Shown piece after piece: positions 62,876 to 64,000 of a DNA stretch of 64,000 nucleotides; position 1 is the stretch's first letter, and each line of letters starts with the position of its first letter. This DNA comes from Gammaproteobacteria bacterium (GTDB lineage Bacteria > Pseudomonadota > Gammaproteobacteria > CAJXQU01), in the NCBI GenBank assembly GCA_965238175.1, contig CBDEGZ010000003.1, forward strand, positions 64,001 to 128,000, given 5' to 3'. The notes under the pieces are model-generated. The model was given only the letters and a program-made list of their open reading frames with translations. It did no database searches and was not told the DNA's origin. A program made the position numbers and the translations under genes.

Positions 62876-63958
62876 ATGAAAAAATTCTTAATAACAGCCC
62901 TTACCCTATATTTGTTAGGTAACAATATTGTTACCCAAGCTGATAATTCCGATAGCACGATGAATAACCGTGTTGTTGTTCTCAACGCAGGATATGTTCA
63001 GCCAATTGAAGGACGTGAGTTTTTGCCTGGTGTAAAAGATAATGGTGCACGCAAAGTGGCGAGTACCATTTCATTGGTGAAAGCCAAAGATCTGGTGCTA
63101 ATTACAGATCCTGGCATGGCGGCGGCAGAAGAATGGGATAACATTCTTAACAAGCTTAAAGAACAGGGGGTGAAACCTGAAGATGTGACTCATGTTTTTA
63201 TAAGTCATCATCATCCTGATCACACAACACAACTTGGATTATTTACGAATGCAACGCTTGTCGATTTTTGGGCAACATATAAAAATGATCTTTGGGAAGA
63301 TCATCCTGACAACTTCAAACTTGCTCCAGGAGTCACTGTAGTTCAGACACCGGGTCATACAGATCAGGATGCCAGTTTAATTGTTGATACAGCAGAAGGA
63401 ACCTACGCATTAACACATCTATGGTGGAGCCCTGATTTTCAACCGGCAGAGGATCCTTTGGCCGAAAATCATGAGGGTATTGAAAAATCCAGAGCGCTTA
63501 TATTGCCAAAAGCAGACTGGATAGTACCTGGACATGGAGAGATATTTAAAAATCCAAAACGCGACATGAAAAAACTATCAAAACAGCAACAAGATATAGT
63601 TATTAATGCGGTTAAAAAAGCGAGTAAGCACTGGGTTGATTCATTTAATAACGGAGATGCTGCGGGTTGTGCATCGGCTTATGAAGATAAATCAGTTATG
63701 TCGGCAAAACCTTTTGGAATATTCCATGGTGTAAACGATATACAGACATTTTGGGAAAATCTGATTGCTCAGGGTTACGACGATGTTCGCTACATTGAGC
63801 CCGTTATTGAAGTGATTAACGAACATACTGCTGTTATCTCATCAAAATGGGAAATGAATAAAGCCCATGGCATAATCACTAAAGAGTTATGGGTGTTACA
63901 AGACAATGGTGAAGCTAAGCTCAGGATTGATAACTTTGAAGTTTTAGGTAGTAAATAA
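62876..63958 (+). CDS. Secreted metallo-beta-lactamase-fold hydrolase fused to a SnoaL/NTF2-like domain
   Basis: Signal peptide, DPG, SHHHPDH, TPGHT, PGHG; C-terminal FNNGDAAGCASAY...IQTFW NTF2-like pattern. Confidence 0.8.
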   Translation: MKKFLITALTLYLLGNNIVTQADNSDSTMNNRVVVLNAGYVQPIEGREFLPGVKDNGARKVASTISLVKAKDLVLITDPGMAAAEEWDNILNKLKEQGVKPEDVTHVFISHHHPDHTTQLGLFTNATLVDFWATYKNDLWEDHPDNFKLAPGVTVVQTPGHTDQDASLIVDTAEGTYALTHLWWSPDFQPAEDPLAENHEGIEKSRALILPKADWIVPGHGEIFKNPKRDMKKLSKQQQDIVINAVKKASKHWVDSFNNGDAAGCASAYEDKSVMSAKPFGIFHGVNDIQTFWENLIAQGYDDVRYIEPVIEVINEHTAVISSKWEMNKAHGIITKELWVLQDNGEAKLRIDNFEVLGSK

Positions 63959-64000
63959 GTCAAGTATTTACTAAAGAGTACTTGCTTAATTTAGGGCTTT

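Overview
AT-rich gammaproteobacterial chromosome segment, possibly marine. 1-29 kb is mostly core genes: rpoH with a perfect CIRCE, ftsYEX, an M16 peptidase pair, rsmD-coaD-ferredoxin-ggt, rsgA, ruvB, tolQRAB-pal-cpoB, queEC, an MltF-like transglycosylase, greB and tmcA. 29-62 kb is a ~33 kb phosphorus-acquisition region with visible Pho boxes: phosphate porin, phoBR, a complete C-P lyase operon (phnFDCEGHIJKLMNP), DUF47-pit, and two different pstSCAB-phoU systems. The most striking structure is a nested set of mobile elements. An IS982-family IS and a 207-bp MITE with related ends each carry a 6-bp target duplication (TAGTTA and TACTTA). Each has one terminal inverted repeat interrupted at the same TAACCTGA site by an apparently identical 1345-bp IS1111-type IS110 element. 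The downstream non-coding region of that element contains guide-like matches to the IS982/MITE ends and to its own circle junction, which suggests a bridge/seekRNA programmed against IS982-family ends. All calls come from reading the sequence; no searches were run.
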